From Octopus vulgaris (taxonomy: Eukaryota): a DNA stretch of 64,000 nt. Numbering within the stretch: position 1 is the first letter of the stretch; each line of letters starts with the position of its first letter. The notes beneath the pieces are model-generated. The model saw only the letters and a list, made by a program, of their open reading frames with translations, was not told where the DNA came from and searched no databases. Position numbers and translations under genes: made by a program. This document shows, piece after piece, positions 11,981-26,900 of the stretch. The stretch covers positions 13,454,001 to 13,518,000 of the forward strand of contig OX597843.1 of NCBI GenBank assembly GCA_951406725.2, in the 5' to 3' direction.

Positions 11981-14900
11981 ATGTCAAAATATTTCAAATG
12001 TGTACTCGAAAAACAAAAAACAATTTTGTGATCATTTGGAAAATATAAGCTATATGAATGATAAGCTAATATTTATCCAAGAGATCACTAAATTCTCAAA
12101 AGTTTTCAGGTTAGAAAATGGCAAAATATTTCGAATGTGTACTTAAAAAATAAAAAAAAAATTTTCTGATCTCTTTGGTAAATATAAGCTATATGAGTGA
12201 TAATAAGCTTATAGTTACTAAATTCTAAAAAGTTTTCAGGTTAGAAAATGTCAAAATATTTCAAATGTGTACTTGAAAAACAAAAAAAAATTTCGTTGTC
12301 TCTTAGGAAAATATAAGCTATATGAATGATAAGCTTATATTTATCCTAGAGATCACAAATTCTCAAAAGTTTTCAGGTTAGTAAATGTCAAAATATTTCA
12401 AATGTGTACTCGAAAAACAAAAAACAATTTTGTGATCTTTTGGAAAATATAAGCTATATGAATGATAAGCTAATATTTATCCAAGAGATCACTAAATTCT
12501 CAAAAGTTTTCAGGTCAGAAAATGGCAAAATATTTCAAATGTGTACTTAAAAAATAAAAAAAAAATTTTGTGATCTCTTTGGTAAATATAAGCTATATGA
12601 GTGATAATAAGCTTATAGTTACTAAATTCTAAAAAGTTTTCAGGTTAGAAAATGTCAAAATATTTCAAATGTGTACTTGAAAAAACAAAAAAAAATTTTG
12701 TTGCCTTTAGGAAAATATAAGCTATATGAGTGATAATAAGCTTATATTTATCTGAGAGATCACTATATTCTCAAAAGTTTTCAGGTTAGATATATTTCAA
12801 AATATTTCAAATGTGTAGTTGAAAAACAACAAAAACATTTGTGATAAGATAACTGACTGATAATAAGTTTATATTTATCCAAGTGATCACTAAATTCTCA
12901 AAAGTTTTCAGGTTAGAAAATGAAAATATGAAAAAAAAAAAAAGCTATATGAATGATAAGCTTATATTTACTAAGAGATCACAAATTCTCAAAAGTTTTC
13001 AGGTTAGAAAATATCAAAATAGAAAATGTCAAAATATTTCAAATGTGTACTTGAAAAACAAAAAAAAATTTCGTTGTCTCTTAGGAAAATATAAGCTATA
13101 TGAATGATAAGCTAATATTTATCCATGTCAAAAGTTTTCAGGTTAGAAAATATCAAAATAGAAAATGTCAAAATATTTCAAATGTGTACTTAAAAAATAA
13201 AATTTTGTGATCTCTTTGGTAAATATAAGCTATATGAGTGATAATAAGCTTATAGTTACTAAATTCTAAAAAGTTTTCAGGTTAGAAAATGTCAAAATAT
13301 TTCAAATGTGTATATGAAAAACAAAAAAAAATTTTGTGATCTATTGGGTAAATTTAAGCTATATGAGAGATAATAAGCTTATATTTATCCAAGAGATCAC
13401 CAAATTCTCAAAAGTTTTCAGGTTAGAAATTGTGAAAACATTTCAAATGTGTAATTGAAAAACAAAAAAAAACGTTGTGATCTGTTAGGTAAATATAAGC
13501 TATTTGAGTGATAATAAGCTTATATTTTTCCAAGAGATCAATAAATTCTCAAAAGTTTTCAGCTTAGAAAATATCAAAATATTTCAAAAGTGTACTTCAA
13601 AAACAACAGAAAATTTTGTGATCTGTTAGGTAAATATAAATTAACTGAGTTAAGCTTATGTTTATACAAGAGATCACTAAATTCTCAAAAGTTTTCAGCT
13701 TAGAAAATGTGAAAATATTTCAGACGTGCACTTAAAAAACAACAGAAAATTTTGTGATCTGTTAGGTCAATATAAATTAACTGTGTGATAATAAGCATAT
13801 ATTCATCCAAGAGATCACTAAATTCTCCAAAGTTTTCAGGTTAGAAAATGTCAAAATATTTCAAATGTGTACCTGAAAAACAACAAAAAATTTAGTGATC
13901 TGTTAGGTAAATATAAATTAATTGTGTTATAATAAGCATATATTCATCCAAGAGATCACTAAATTCTCTAAAGTTTTCAGGTTAGAAAATGTCAAAATAT
14001 TTCAAATGTGTACCTGAAAAACAACAAAAAATTTAGTGATCTGTTAGGTAAATATAAATTAACTGTGTGATAATAAGCATCCAAGAGATCACTAAAGAGA
14101 TTCATCCAAGAGATCACTAAATTCTCCAAAGTTTTCAGGTTAGAAAATGTCAAAATATTTCAAATGTGTACCTGAAAAACAACAAAAAATTTAGTGATCA
14201 GTTAGTTAAATATAAATTAATGTGTGATAATAAGCTTATATTTATCCAAGAGATCACTAAATTCTCAAAAGTTTTCAGGTTAGAAAATGTCAAAATATTT
14301 CAAATGTGTACCTGAAAAACAACAAAAAATTTAGTGATCAGTTAGTTAAATATAAATTAACTGTGTGATAATAAGCATATATTCATCCAAGAGATCACTA
14401 AATTCTCCAAAGTTTTCAGGTTAGAAAATGTCAAAATATTTCAAATGTGTACCTGAAAAACAACAAAAAATTTAGTGATCAGTTAGTTAAATATAAATTA
14501 ACTGTGTGATAATAAGCATATATTCATCCAAGAGATCACTAAATTCTCCAAAGTTTTCAGGTTAGAAAATGTTAAAATATTTCAATTTTGTGATCTGTTT
14601 GGAAAATATAAGCTATATGAATGATAAGCCTATATTTACTAAGAGATCACAAATTCCCAAAAGTTTTCAGGTTAGAAAATGTCAAAATATTTCAAATGTG
14701 TACTTGAAAAATAAAAAAAAATTTTGTGATCTTTTGCGGAAATATAAGCTATATGAATGATAAGCTTATATTTACCAACAGATCACAAATTCTCAAAAGT
14801 TTTCAGGTTAGAAAATGTCAAAATATTTCAAATGTGTACTTGAAAAACAAAAAAGAATTTCATTGTCTCTTAGGAAAATATAAGCTATATGAATGATAAT

Positions 14901-17900
14901 AAGTTTATATTTATCCAAGAGATCACTAAATTCTCAAAAGTTTTCAGGTTAGAAAATGTCAAAATATTTCAAATGTGTACTTGAAAAACAAAAAAAAATT
15001 TTGTGATCTGTTAGGTAAATATAAGCTATATGAGTGATAAGCTCATATATATCCAAGAGATCACTAAATTCTCAAAAGTTTTCAGGTTAGAAAATGTCAA
15101 AATATTTCAAATGTGTACTTGAAAAAAAAAAAAAATTTTGTGATCTGTTGGTAAATATAAGCTATATGAGTGATAATAAGCTTATATTTACCAAGAGATC
15201 ACTAAATTCTCAAAAGTTTTCAGGTTAGAAAATGTCAAAATATTTCAAATGTGTACTTGAAAAAACAAAATAAAATTTTGTTGTCTGTTAGGAAAATATA
15301 AGCTATATGAGTGATAATAAGCTTATATTTATCCAAGAGATCACTAAATTCTCAAAAGTTTTCAGGTTAGAAAATTTCAAAATATTTCAAATGTGTAGTT
15401 GAAAAACAACAAAAAATTTTATGATCTGTCAGGTAAATTTAAATTAACTAAGTGATAATAATTTAACGAAGAGATCAGTAAATTCTCAAATGTTTTTATG
15501 TTAGAAAATGTCAAAATATTTCAAATGTGTACTTAAAAAAACAACAAAAAATTAAGTGATCTGTTAGATAAATATAAGTTAACTGAGTGATAATAAGCTT
15601 ATATTTATCCAAGAGATCACTAAATTCTCAAAAGTTTTCAGGTTAGAAAATGTCAAAATATTTCAAATGTGTACTTGAAAAACAAAAAAAAATTTTGTGA
15701 TCTGTTCGGTAAATATAAATTAACTGAGTGATAATAAGATTATATTTATCCAAGAGATCACTAAATTCTCAAAAGTTTTCAGGTTAGAAAATGTCAAAAT
15801 ATTTCAAATGTGTACTTGAAAACCCAAAAAAAATTTTGTGATCTATTGGGAAAATGTCAAAAGCTTATATTTATCCAAGAGATCACAAATTCTCAAAAGT
15901 TTTCAGGTTAGGAAATGTCAAAATATTTCAAATGTGTACTCGAAAATCAAAAAACAATTTTGTGATCTGTTTGGAAAATGTCAAAAGTTTTCAGGTTAGA
16001 AAATGTCAAAATATTTCAAATGTGTACTTAAAAAATAAAAAAAAATTTTGTGATCTGTTAGGTAAATATAAGCTATATGAGTGATAATAAGCTTATAAGT
16101 TTCCAGGTTAGAAAATGTCAAAATATTTCAAATGTGTACTTGAAAAACAAAAAAAAATTTTGTGATCTGTTAGGTAAATATAAGCTATATGAGTGATAAT
16201 AAGCTTATATTTATCAAGAGATCACTAAATTCTCAAAAGTTTTCAGGTTAGAAAATGTCAAAATATTTCAAATGTGTACTTGAAAAAAAAAAAAATTTTG
16301 TGATCTGTTAGGTAAATATAAGCTATATGAGTGATAATAAGCTTATATTTATCCAAGAGATCACTAAATTCTCAAAAGTTTTCAGGTTAGAAAATGTTAA
16401 AATATTTCAAATGTGTACTTGAAAAACAAAAAACAATTTTGTGATCTGTTTGGAAAATATAAGCTATATGAATGATAAGCCTATATTTACTAAGAGATCA
16501 CAAATTCCCAAAAGTTTTCAGGTTAGAAAATGTCAAAATATTTCAAATGTGTACTTGAAAAATAAAAAAAAAATTTAGTGATCTCTTGGGTAAATATAAG
16601 CTATATGAGTGATAATAAGCTTATAGTTACTAAATTCTCAAAGTTTTCCGGTTAGAAAATGGCAAAATATTTTAAATGTGTACTTGAAAAACAAAAAAAA
16701 ATTTTGTGATCTTTTGCGTAAATATAAGCTATATGAATGATAATAAGCTTATATTTATCCAAGAGATCACTAAATTCTCAAAAGTTTTCAGGTTAGAAAA
16801 TGTCAAAATATTTCAAATGTGTACTTGAAAAACAAAAAAAAATTTTGTTGATCTGTTAGGTAAATATAAGCTATATGAGTGATAATAAGCTTATATTTAT
16901 CCAAGAGATCACTAAATTCTCAAAAGTTTTCAGGTTAGAAAATGTCAAAATATTTCAAATGTGTACTTGAAAAACAAAAAAAAATTTTGTGATCTGTTAG
17001 GTAAATATAAGCTATATGAGTGATAATAAGCTTATATTTATCCAAGAGATCACTAAATTCTCAAAAGTTTTCAGGTTAGAAAATGTCAAAATATTTCAAA
17101 TGTGTACTTGAAAAACAAAAAAAATTTTGTGATCTGTTAGGTAAATATAAGCTATATGAGTGATAATAAGCTTATATTTATCCAAGAGATCACTAAATTC
17201 TCAAAAGTTTTCAGGTTAGAAAATGTCAAAATATTTCAAATGTGTACTTGAAAAAAAAAAAAAATTTTGTGATCTGTTAGGTAAATATAAGCTATATGAG
17301 TGATAATAAGCTTATATTTATCCAAGAGATCACTAAATTCTCAAAAGTTTTCAGGTTAGAAAATGTCAAAATATTTCAAATGTGTACTTGAAAAACAAAA
17401 AAAAATTTTGTGATCTGTTAGGTAAATATAAGCTATATGAGTGATAATAAGCTTATATTTATCCAAGAGATCACTAAATTCTCAAAAGTTTTCAGGTTAG
17501 AAAATGTCAAAATATTTCAAATGTGTACTTGAAAAACAAAAAAAATTTTGTGATCTGTTAGGTAAATATAAGTATATGAGTGATAATAAGCTTATATTTA
17601 TCCAAGAGATCACTAAATTCTCAAAAGTTTTCAGGTTAGAAAATGTCAAAATATTTCAAATGTGTACTTGAAAAAAAAAAAAATTTTGTGATCTGTTAGG
17701 TAAATATAAGTTATGAGTGATAATAAGCTTATATTTATCCAAGAGATCACTAAATTCTCAAAAGTTTTCAGGTTAGAAAATGTCAAAATATTTCAAATGT
17801 GTACTTGAAAAACAAAAAAAATTTTGTGATCTGTTAGGTAAATATAAGCTATATGAGTGATAATAAGCTTATATTTATCCAAGAGATCACTAAATTCTCA

Positions 17901-20900
17901 AAAGTTTTCAGGTTAGAAAATGTCAAAATATTTCAAATGTGTACTTGAAAAACAAAAAAAATTTTGTGATCTGTTAGGTAAATATAAGCTATATGAGTGA
18001 TAATAAGCTTATATTTATCCAAGAGATCACTAAATTCTCAAAAGTTTTCAGGTTAGAAAATGTCAAAATATTTCAAATGTGTACTTGAAAAACAAAAAAA
18101 ATTTTGTGATCTGTTAGGTAAATATAAGCTATATGAGTGATAATAAGCTTATATTTATCCAAGAGATCACTAAATTCTCAAAAGTTTTCAGGTTAGAAAA
18201 TGTCAAAATATTTCAAATGTGTACTTGAAAAAACAAAAAAATTTTGTGATCTGTTAGGTAAATATAAGCTATATGAGTGATAATAAGCTTATATTTATCC
18301 AAGAGATCACTAAATTCTCAAAAGTTTTCAGGTTAGAAAATGTCAAAATATTTCAAATGTGTACTTGAAAAACAAAAAAAAATTTTGTGATCTGTTAGGT
18401 AAATATAAGCTATATGAGTGATAATAAGCTTATATTTATCCAAGAGATCACTAAATTCTCAAAAGTTTTCAGGTTAGAAAATGTCAAAATATTTCAAATG
18501 TGTACTTGAAAAAAAAAAAAAATTTTGTGATCTGTTAGGTAAATATAAGCTATATGAGTGATAATAAGCTTATATTTATCCAAGAGATCACTAAATTCTC
18601 AAAAGTTTTCAGGTTAGAAAATGTCAAAATATTTCAAATGTGTACTTGAAAAAAAAAAAAAATTTTGTGATCTGTTAGGTAAATATAAGCTATATGAGTG
18701 ATAATAAGCTTATATTTATCCAAGAGATCACTAAATTCTCAAAAGTTTTCAGGTTAGAAAATGTCAAAATATTTCAAATGTGTACTTGAAAAACAAAAAA
18801 AAATTTTGTGATCTGTTAGGTAAATATAAGCTATATGAGTGATAATAAGCTTATATTTATCCAAGAGATCACTAAATTCTCAAAAGTTTTCAGGTTAGAA
18901 AATGTCAAAATATTTCAAATGTGTACTTGAAAACAAAAAAAAATTTTGTGATCTGTTAGGTAAATATAAGCTATATGAGTGATAATAAGCTTATATTTAT
19001 CCAAGAGATCACTAAATTCTCAAAAGTTTTCAGGTTAGAAAATGGCAAAATATTTCAAATGTGTACTTAAAAAATAAAAAAAAAATTTTGTGATCTCTTT
19101 GGTAAATATAAGCTATATGAGTGATAATAAGCTTATATTTATCCAAGAGATCACTAAATTCTCAAAAGTTTTCAGGTTAGAAAATGTCAAAATATTTCAA
19201 ATGTGTACTTGAAAAACAAAAAAAATTTTGTGATCTGTTAGGAAAATATAAGCTATATGAGTGATAATAAGCTTATATTTATCCAAGAGATCACTAAATT
19301 CTCAAAAGTTTTCAGGTTAGAAAATGTCAAAATATTTCAAATGTGTACTTGAAAAACAAAAAAAAATTTTGTGATCTGTTAGGTAAATATAAGTTATATG
19401 AGTGATAATAAGCTTATATTTATCCAAGAGATCACTAAATTCTCAAAAGTTTTCAGGTTAGAAAATGTCAAAATATTTCAAATGTGTACTTGAAAAAAAA
19501 AAAAAAATTTTGTGATCTGTTAGGTAAATATATGTTAACTGAGTGATAATAAGCTTATATTTATCCAAGAGATCATTAAATTCTCAAAAGTTTTCAGGTT
19601 AGAAAATGTCAAAATATTTCAAATGTGTACTTGAAAAGAAAAAAAAATTTTCTGATCTGTTCGGTAAATATAAATTAACTGTGTGATAATAAGCATATAT
19701 TCATCCAAGAGATCACTAAATTCTCAAAAGTTTTCAGGTTAGAAAATGTCAAAATATTTCAAATGTGTACTTGAAAACCCAAAAAAAATTTTGTGATCTA
19801 TTGGGAAAATATAAGTTATATGAGTGATAATAAGCTTATATTTATCCAAGAGATCACAAATTCTCAAAAGTTTTCAGGTTAGGAAATGTCAAAATATTTC
19901 AAATGTGTACTCGAAAATCAAAAAACAATTTTGTGATCTGTTTGGAAAATGATCAAAGTTTTCAGGTTGAAAATGTCAAAATATTTCAAATGTGTACTTG
20001 AAAAAAAAAAAAAATTTTGTGATCTGTTAGGTAAATATAAGCTATATGAGTGATAATAAGCTTATATTTATCCAAGAGATCACTAAATTCTAAAAAGTTT
20101 TCAGGTTAGAAAATGTCAAAATATTTCAAATGTGTACTTGAAAAACAAAAAAAAATCTCGTTGTCTGATAGGAAAATATAAGCTATATGAATGATAAGCT
20201 AATATTTATCAGAGAGATCACTATATTCTCAAAAGTTTTCCGGTTAGAAAATGGCAAGATATTTTAAATGTGTACTTGAAAAATAAAAAAAAATGTTGTG
20301 ATCTGTTAGGTAAATATAAGCTATATGAGTGATAATAAGCTTATATTTATCCAAGAGATCACCAAGTTCTCAAAAGTTTTCAGGTTAGAAAATGTCAAAA
20401 TATTTCAAATGTGTACTTGAAAAACAAAAAAAATTTTGTGATCTGTTGGTTAAAATATAAGCTATATGAGTGATAATAAGCTTATATTTATCCAAGAGAT
20501 CACTAAATTCTCAAAAGTTTTCAGGTTAGAAAATGTCAAAATATTTCAAATGTGTACTTGAAAAACAAAAAAAAATTTTGTGATCTGTTAGGTAAATATA
20601 AGCTATATGAGTGATAATAAGCTTATATTTACCCAAGAGATCACTAAATTCTCAAAAGTTTTCAGGTTAGAAAATGTCAAAATATTTCAAATGTGTACTT
20701 GAAAAACAAAAAATTTTGTGATCTGTTAGGTAAATATAAGCTATATGAGTGATAATAAGCTTATATTTATCCAAGAGATCACTAAATTCTCAAAAGTTTT
20801 CAGGTTAGAAAATGTCAAAATATTTCAAATGTGTACTTGAAAAACAAAAAAAAATTTCGTTGTCTCTTAGGAAAATATAAGCTATATGAATGATAAGCCT

Positions 20901-23900
20901 ATATTTATCCAAGAGATCACTAAATTCTCAAAAGTTTTCAGGTTAGAAAATGTCAAAATATTTCAAATGTGTACTTGAAAAACAAAAAAAAATTTTGTGA
21001 TCTGTTAGGTAAATATAAGCTATATGAGTGATAATAAGCTTATATTTATCCAAGAGATCACTAAATTCTCAAAAGTTTTCAGGTTAGAAAATGTCAAAAT
21101 ATTTCAAATGTGTACTTGAAAAAAAAAAAAAATTTTGTGATCTGTTAGGTAAATATAAGCTATATGAGTGATAATAAGCTTATATTTATCCAAGAGATCA
21201 CTAAATTCTCAAAAGTTTTCAGGTTAGAAAATGTCAAAATATTTCAAATGTGTACTTGAAAAACAAAAAAAATTTTGTGATCTGTTAGGTAAATATAAGC
21301 TATATGAGTGATAATAAGCTTATATTTATCCAAGAGATCACTAAATTCTCAAAAGTTTTCAGGTTAGAAAATGTCAAAATATTTCAAATGTGTACTTGAA
21401 AAACAAAAAAAAATTTTGTGATCTGTTAGGTAAATATAAGCTATATGAGTGATAATAAGCTTATATTTATCCAAGAGATCACTAAATTCTCAAAAGTTTT
21501 CAGGTTAGAAAATGTCAAAATATTTCAAATGTGTACTTGAAAAACAAAAAAAAATTTTGTGATCTGTTAGGTAAATATAAGCTATATGAGTGATAATAAG
21601 CTTATATTTATCCAAGAGATCACTAAATTCTCAAAAGTTTTCAGGTTAGAAAATGTCAAAATATTTCAAATGTGTACTTGAAAAACAAAAAAAAATTTTG
21701 TGATCTGTTAGGTAAATATAAGTTATATGAGTGATAATAAGCTTATATTTATCCAAGAGATCACTAAATTCTCAAAAGTTTTCAGGTTAGAAAATGTCAA
21801 AATATTTCAAATGTGTACTTGAAAAACAAAAAAAATTTTGTGATCTGTTAGGTAAATATAAGCTATATGAGTGATAATAAGCTTATATTTATCCAAGAGA
21901 TCACTAAATTCTCAAAAGTTTTCAGGTTAGAAAATGTCAAAATATTTCAAATGTGTACTTGAAAAACAAAAAAAATTTTGTGATCTGTTAGGTAAATATA
22001 AGCTATATGAGTGATAATAAGCTTATATTTATCCAAGAGATCACTAAATTCTCAAAAGTTTTCAGGTTAGAAAATGTCAAAATATTTCAAATGTGTACTT
22101 GAAAAACAAAAAAAATTTTGTGATCTGTTAGGTAAATATAAGCTATATGAGTGATAATAAGCTTATATTTATCCAAGAGATCACTAAATTCTCAAAAGTT
22201 TTCAGGTTAGAAAATGTCAAAATATTTCAAATGTGTACTTGAAAAAAAAAAAAATTTTGTGATCTGTTAGGTAAATATAAGCTATATGAGTGATAATAAG
22301 CTTATATTTATCCAAGAGATCACTAAATTCTCAAAAGTTTTCAGGTTAGAAAATGTCAAAATATTTCAAATGTGTACTTGAAAAACAAAAAAATTTTGTG
22401 ATCTGTTAGGTAAATATAAGTTATATGAGTGATAATAAGCTTATATTTATCCAAGAGATCACTAAATTCTCAAAAGTTTTCAGGTTAGAAAATGTCAAAA
22501 TATTTCAAATGTGTACCTGAAAAACAACAAAAAAATTTAGTGATCTGTTAGGTAAATATAAATTAACTGAGTGATAATAAGCTTATATTTATCCAAGAGA
22601 TCACTAAATTCTCAAAAGTTTTCAGGTTAGAAAATGTCAAAATATTTCAAATGTGTACTTGAAAAAAAAAAAAATTTGTGATCTGTTAGGTAAATATAAG
22701 CTATATGAGTGATAATAAGCTTATATTTATCCAAGAGATCACTAAATTCTCAAAAGTTTTCAGGTTAGAAAATGTCAAAATATTTCAAATGTGTACTTGA
22801 AAAACAAAAAAAAATTTTGTGATCTGTTAGGTAAATATAAGTTATATGAGTGATAATAAGCTTATATTTATCCAAGAGATCACTAAATTCTCAAAAGTTT
22901 TCAGGTTAGAAAATGTCAAAATATTTCAAATGTGTACTTGAAAAAAAAAAAAAAATTTTGTGATCTGTTAGGTAAATATAAGCTATACTGAGTGATAATA
23001 AGCTTATATTTATCCAAGAGATCACTAAATTCTCAAAAGTTTTCAGGTTAGAAAATGTCAAAATATTTCAAATGTGTACTTGAAAAACAAAAAAAATTTT
23101 GTGATCTGTTAGGTAAATATAAGCTATATGAGTGATAATAAGCTTATATTTATCCAAGAGATCACTAAAATCTCAAAAGTTTTCAGGTTAGAAAATGTCA
23201 AAATATTTCAAATGTGTACTTGAAAAACAACAAAAAATTTTGTGATCTGTTAGGTAAATATAAATTAACTGAGTGATAATAAGCTTATATTTATCCAAGA
23301 GATCACTAAATTCTCAAAAGTTTTCAGGTTAGAAAATGTCAAAATATTTCAAATGTGTACTTGAAAAACAAAAAAAAATTTAAGTGATCTGTTAGGTAAA
23401 TATAAGCTATATGAGTGATAATAAGCTTATATTTATCCAAGAGATCACTAAATTCTCAAAAGTTTTCAGGTTAGAAAATGTCAAAATATTTCAAATGTGT
23501 ACTTGAAAAACAAAAAAAAATTTTGTGATCTGTTAGGTAAATATAAGCTATATGAGTGATAATAAGCTTATATTTATCCAAGAGATCACTAAATTCTCAA
23601 AAGTTTTCAGGTTAGAAAATGTCAAAATATTTCAAATGTGTACTTGAAAAACAAAAAAAATTTTGTGATCTGTTAGGTAAATATAAATTATATGAGTGAT
23701 AATAAGCTTATATTTATCCAAGAGATCACTAAATTCTCAAAAGTTTTCAGGTTAGAAAATGTCAAAATATTTCAAATGTGTACTTGAAAAACAAAAAAAA
23801 ATTTTGTGATCTGTTAGGTAAATATAAATTATATGAGTGATAATAAGCTTATATTTATCCAAGAGATCACTAAATTCTCAAAAGTTTTCAGGTTAGAAAA

Positions 23901-26900
23901 TGTCAAAATATTTCAAATGTGTACTTGAAAAACAAAAAAAAATTTTGTGATCTGTTAGGTAAATATAAGCTATATGAGTGATAATAAGCTTATATTTATC
24001 CAAGAGATCACTAAATTCTCAAAAGTTTTCAGGTTAGAAAATGTCAAAATATTTCAAATGTGTACTTGAAAAACAAAAAAAAATTTTGTGATCTGTTAGG
24101 TAAATATAAGCTATATGAGTGATAATAAGCTTATATTTATCCAAGAGATCACTAAATTCTCAAAAGTTTTCAGGTTAGAAAATGTCAAAATATTTCAAAT
24201 GTGTACTTGAAAAACAAAAAAAATTTTGTGATCTGTTAGGTAAATATAAGCTATATGAGTGATAATAAGCTTATATTTATCCAAGAGATCACTAAATTCT
24301 CAAAAGTTTTCAGGTTAGAAAATGTCAAAATATTTCAAATGTGTACTTGAAAAACAAAAAAAAATTTTGTGATCTGTTAGGTAAATATAAGCTATATGAG
24401 TGATAATAAGCTTATATTTATCCAAGAGATCACTAAATTCTCAAAAGTTTTCAGGTTAGAAAATGTCAAAATATTTCAAATGTGTACTTGAAAAACAAAA
24501 AAAAATTTTGTGATCTGTTAGGTAAATATAAGCTATATGAGTGATAATAAGCTTATATTTATCCAAGAGATCACTAAATTCTCAAAAGTTTTCAGGTTAG
24601 AAAATGTCAAAATATTTCAAATGTGTACTTGAAAAAACAAAAAAAAATTTTGTGATCTGTTAGGTAAATATAAGCTATATGAGTGATAATAAGCTTATAT
24701 TTATCCAAGAGATCACTAAATTCTCAAAAGTTTTCAGGTTAGAAAATGTCAAAATATTTCAAATGTGTACTTGAAAAACAAAAAAAAATTTTGTGATCTG
24801 TTAGGTAAATATAAGCTATATGAGTGATAATAAGCTTATATTTATCCAAGAGATCACTAAATTCTCAAAAGTTTTCAGGTTAGAAAATGTCAAAATATTT
24901 CAAATGTGTACTTGAAAAACAAAAAAAAATTTTGTGATCTGTTAGGTAAATATAAGTTATGAGTGATAATAAGCTTATATTTATCCAAGAGATCACTAAA
25001 TTCTCAAAAGTTTTCAGGTTAGAAAATGTCAAAATATTTCAAATGTGTACTTGAAAAACAAAAAAAAATTTTGTGATCTGTTAGATAAATATAAGTTAAC
25101 TGAGTGATAATAAGCTTATATTTATCCAAGAGATCACTAAATTCTCAAAAGTTTTCAGGTTAGAAAATGTCAAAATATTTCAAATGTGTACTTGAAAAAC
25201 AAAAAAAAATTTTGTGATCTGTTAGTTAAATATAAGCTATATGAGTGATAATAAGCATATATTTATCCAAGAGATCACTAAATTCTCAAAAGTTTTCAGG
25301 TTAGAAAATGTCAAAATATTTCAAATGTGTACTTGAAAAACAAAAAAAATTTTGTGATCTGTTAGAGAAATATAAATTAACTGAGTGATAATAAGCATTA
25401 TATATATCCAAGAGATCACTAAATTCTCAAAGTTTTCAGGTTAGAAAATGTCAAAATATTTCAAATGTGTACTTGAAAAACAACAAAAAATTAAGTGATC
25501 TGTTAGGTAAATATGAGTTATCTGAGTGATAATAAGCATATATTTATCCAAGAGATCACTAAATTCTCAAAAGTTTTCAGGTTAGAAAATGTCAAAATAT
25601 TTCAAATGTGTACTTGAAAAAAAAAAAAAATTTGTGATCTGTTAGGTAAATATAAGCTATATGAGTGATAATAAGCTTATATTTATCCAAGAGATCACTA
25701 AATTCTCAAAAGTTTTCAGGTTAGAAAATGTCAAAATATTTCAAATGTGTACTTGAAAAACAAAAAAAAATTTTGTGATCTGTTAGGTAAATATAATTAA
25801 TGAGTGATAATAAGCTTATATTTATCCAAGAGATCACTAAATTCTCAAAAGTTTTCAGGTTAGAAAATGTCAAAATATTTCAAATGTGTACTGAAAAACA
25901 AAAAAAATTTTGTGATCTGTTAGGTAAATATAAGTTATATGAGTGATAATAAGCTTATATTTATCCAAGAGATCACTAAATTCTCAAAAGTTTTCAGGTT
26001 AGAAAATGTCAAAATATTGAACATGTGTACTTGAAAAACAAAAAAATTTTGTGATCTGTTAGATAAATATAAGTTAACTGAGTGATAATAAGCTTATATT
26101 TACCCAAGAGATCACAAAAATTCTCAAAAGTTTTCAGGTTAGAAAATGTCAAAATATTTCAAATGTGTACTTGAAAAACAACAAAAAAATTTAGTGATCT
26201 GTTAGGTAAATATAAATTAACTAAGTGATAATAAGCTTATATTTATCCAAGAGATCACTAAATTCTCAAAAGTTTTCAGGTTAGAAAATGTCAAAATATT
26301 TCAAATGTGTACTTGAAAAACAACAAAAAATTTTGTGATCTGTTAGGTAAATATAAATTAACTTTGTGATAATAAGCATATATTCATCCAAGAGATCACT
26401 AAATTCTCCAAAGTTTTCAGGTTAGAAAATGTCAAAATATTTCAAATGTGTACTTGAAAAACAAAAAAAAATTTTGTGATCTGTTAGGTAAATATAAGCT
26501 ATATGAGTGATAATAAGCTTATATTTATCCAAGAGATCACTAAATTCTCAAAAGTTTTCAGGTTAGAAAATGTCAAAATATTTCAAATGTGTACTTGAAA
26601 AACAAAAAAAATTTTGTGATCTGTTAGGTAAATATAAATTAACTGAGTGATAATAAGCATATATTCATCCAAGAGATCACTAAATTCTCCAAAGTTTTCA
26701 GGTTAGAAAATGTCAAAATATTTCAAAAGTGTACCTGAAAAACAAAAAAAAATTTTGTGATCTGTTAGGTAAATATAAATTAACTGAGTGATAATAAGCA
26801 TATATTTATCCAAGAGATCACTAAATTCTCAAAAGTTTTCAGGTTAGAAAATGTCAAAATATTTCAAATGTGTACTTGAAAAACAAAAAAAATTTGTGAT

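Noticed and set aside
11800-12000. Biological junction between the SINE-rich flank and satellite A
   Set aside because: The two are separated by a 100-N scaffold gap, so adjacency is not demonstrated.
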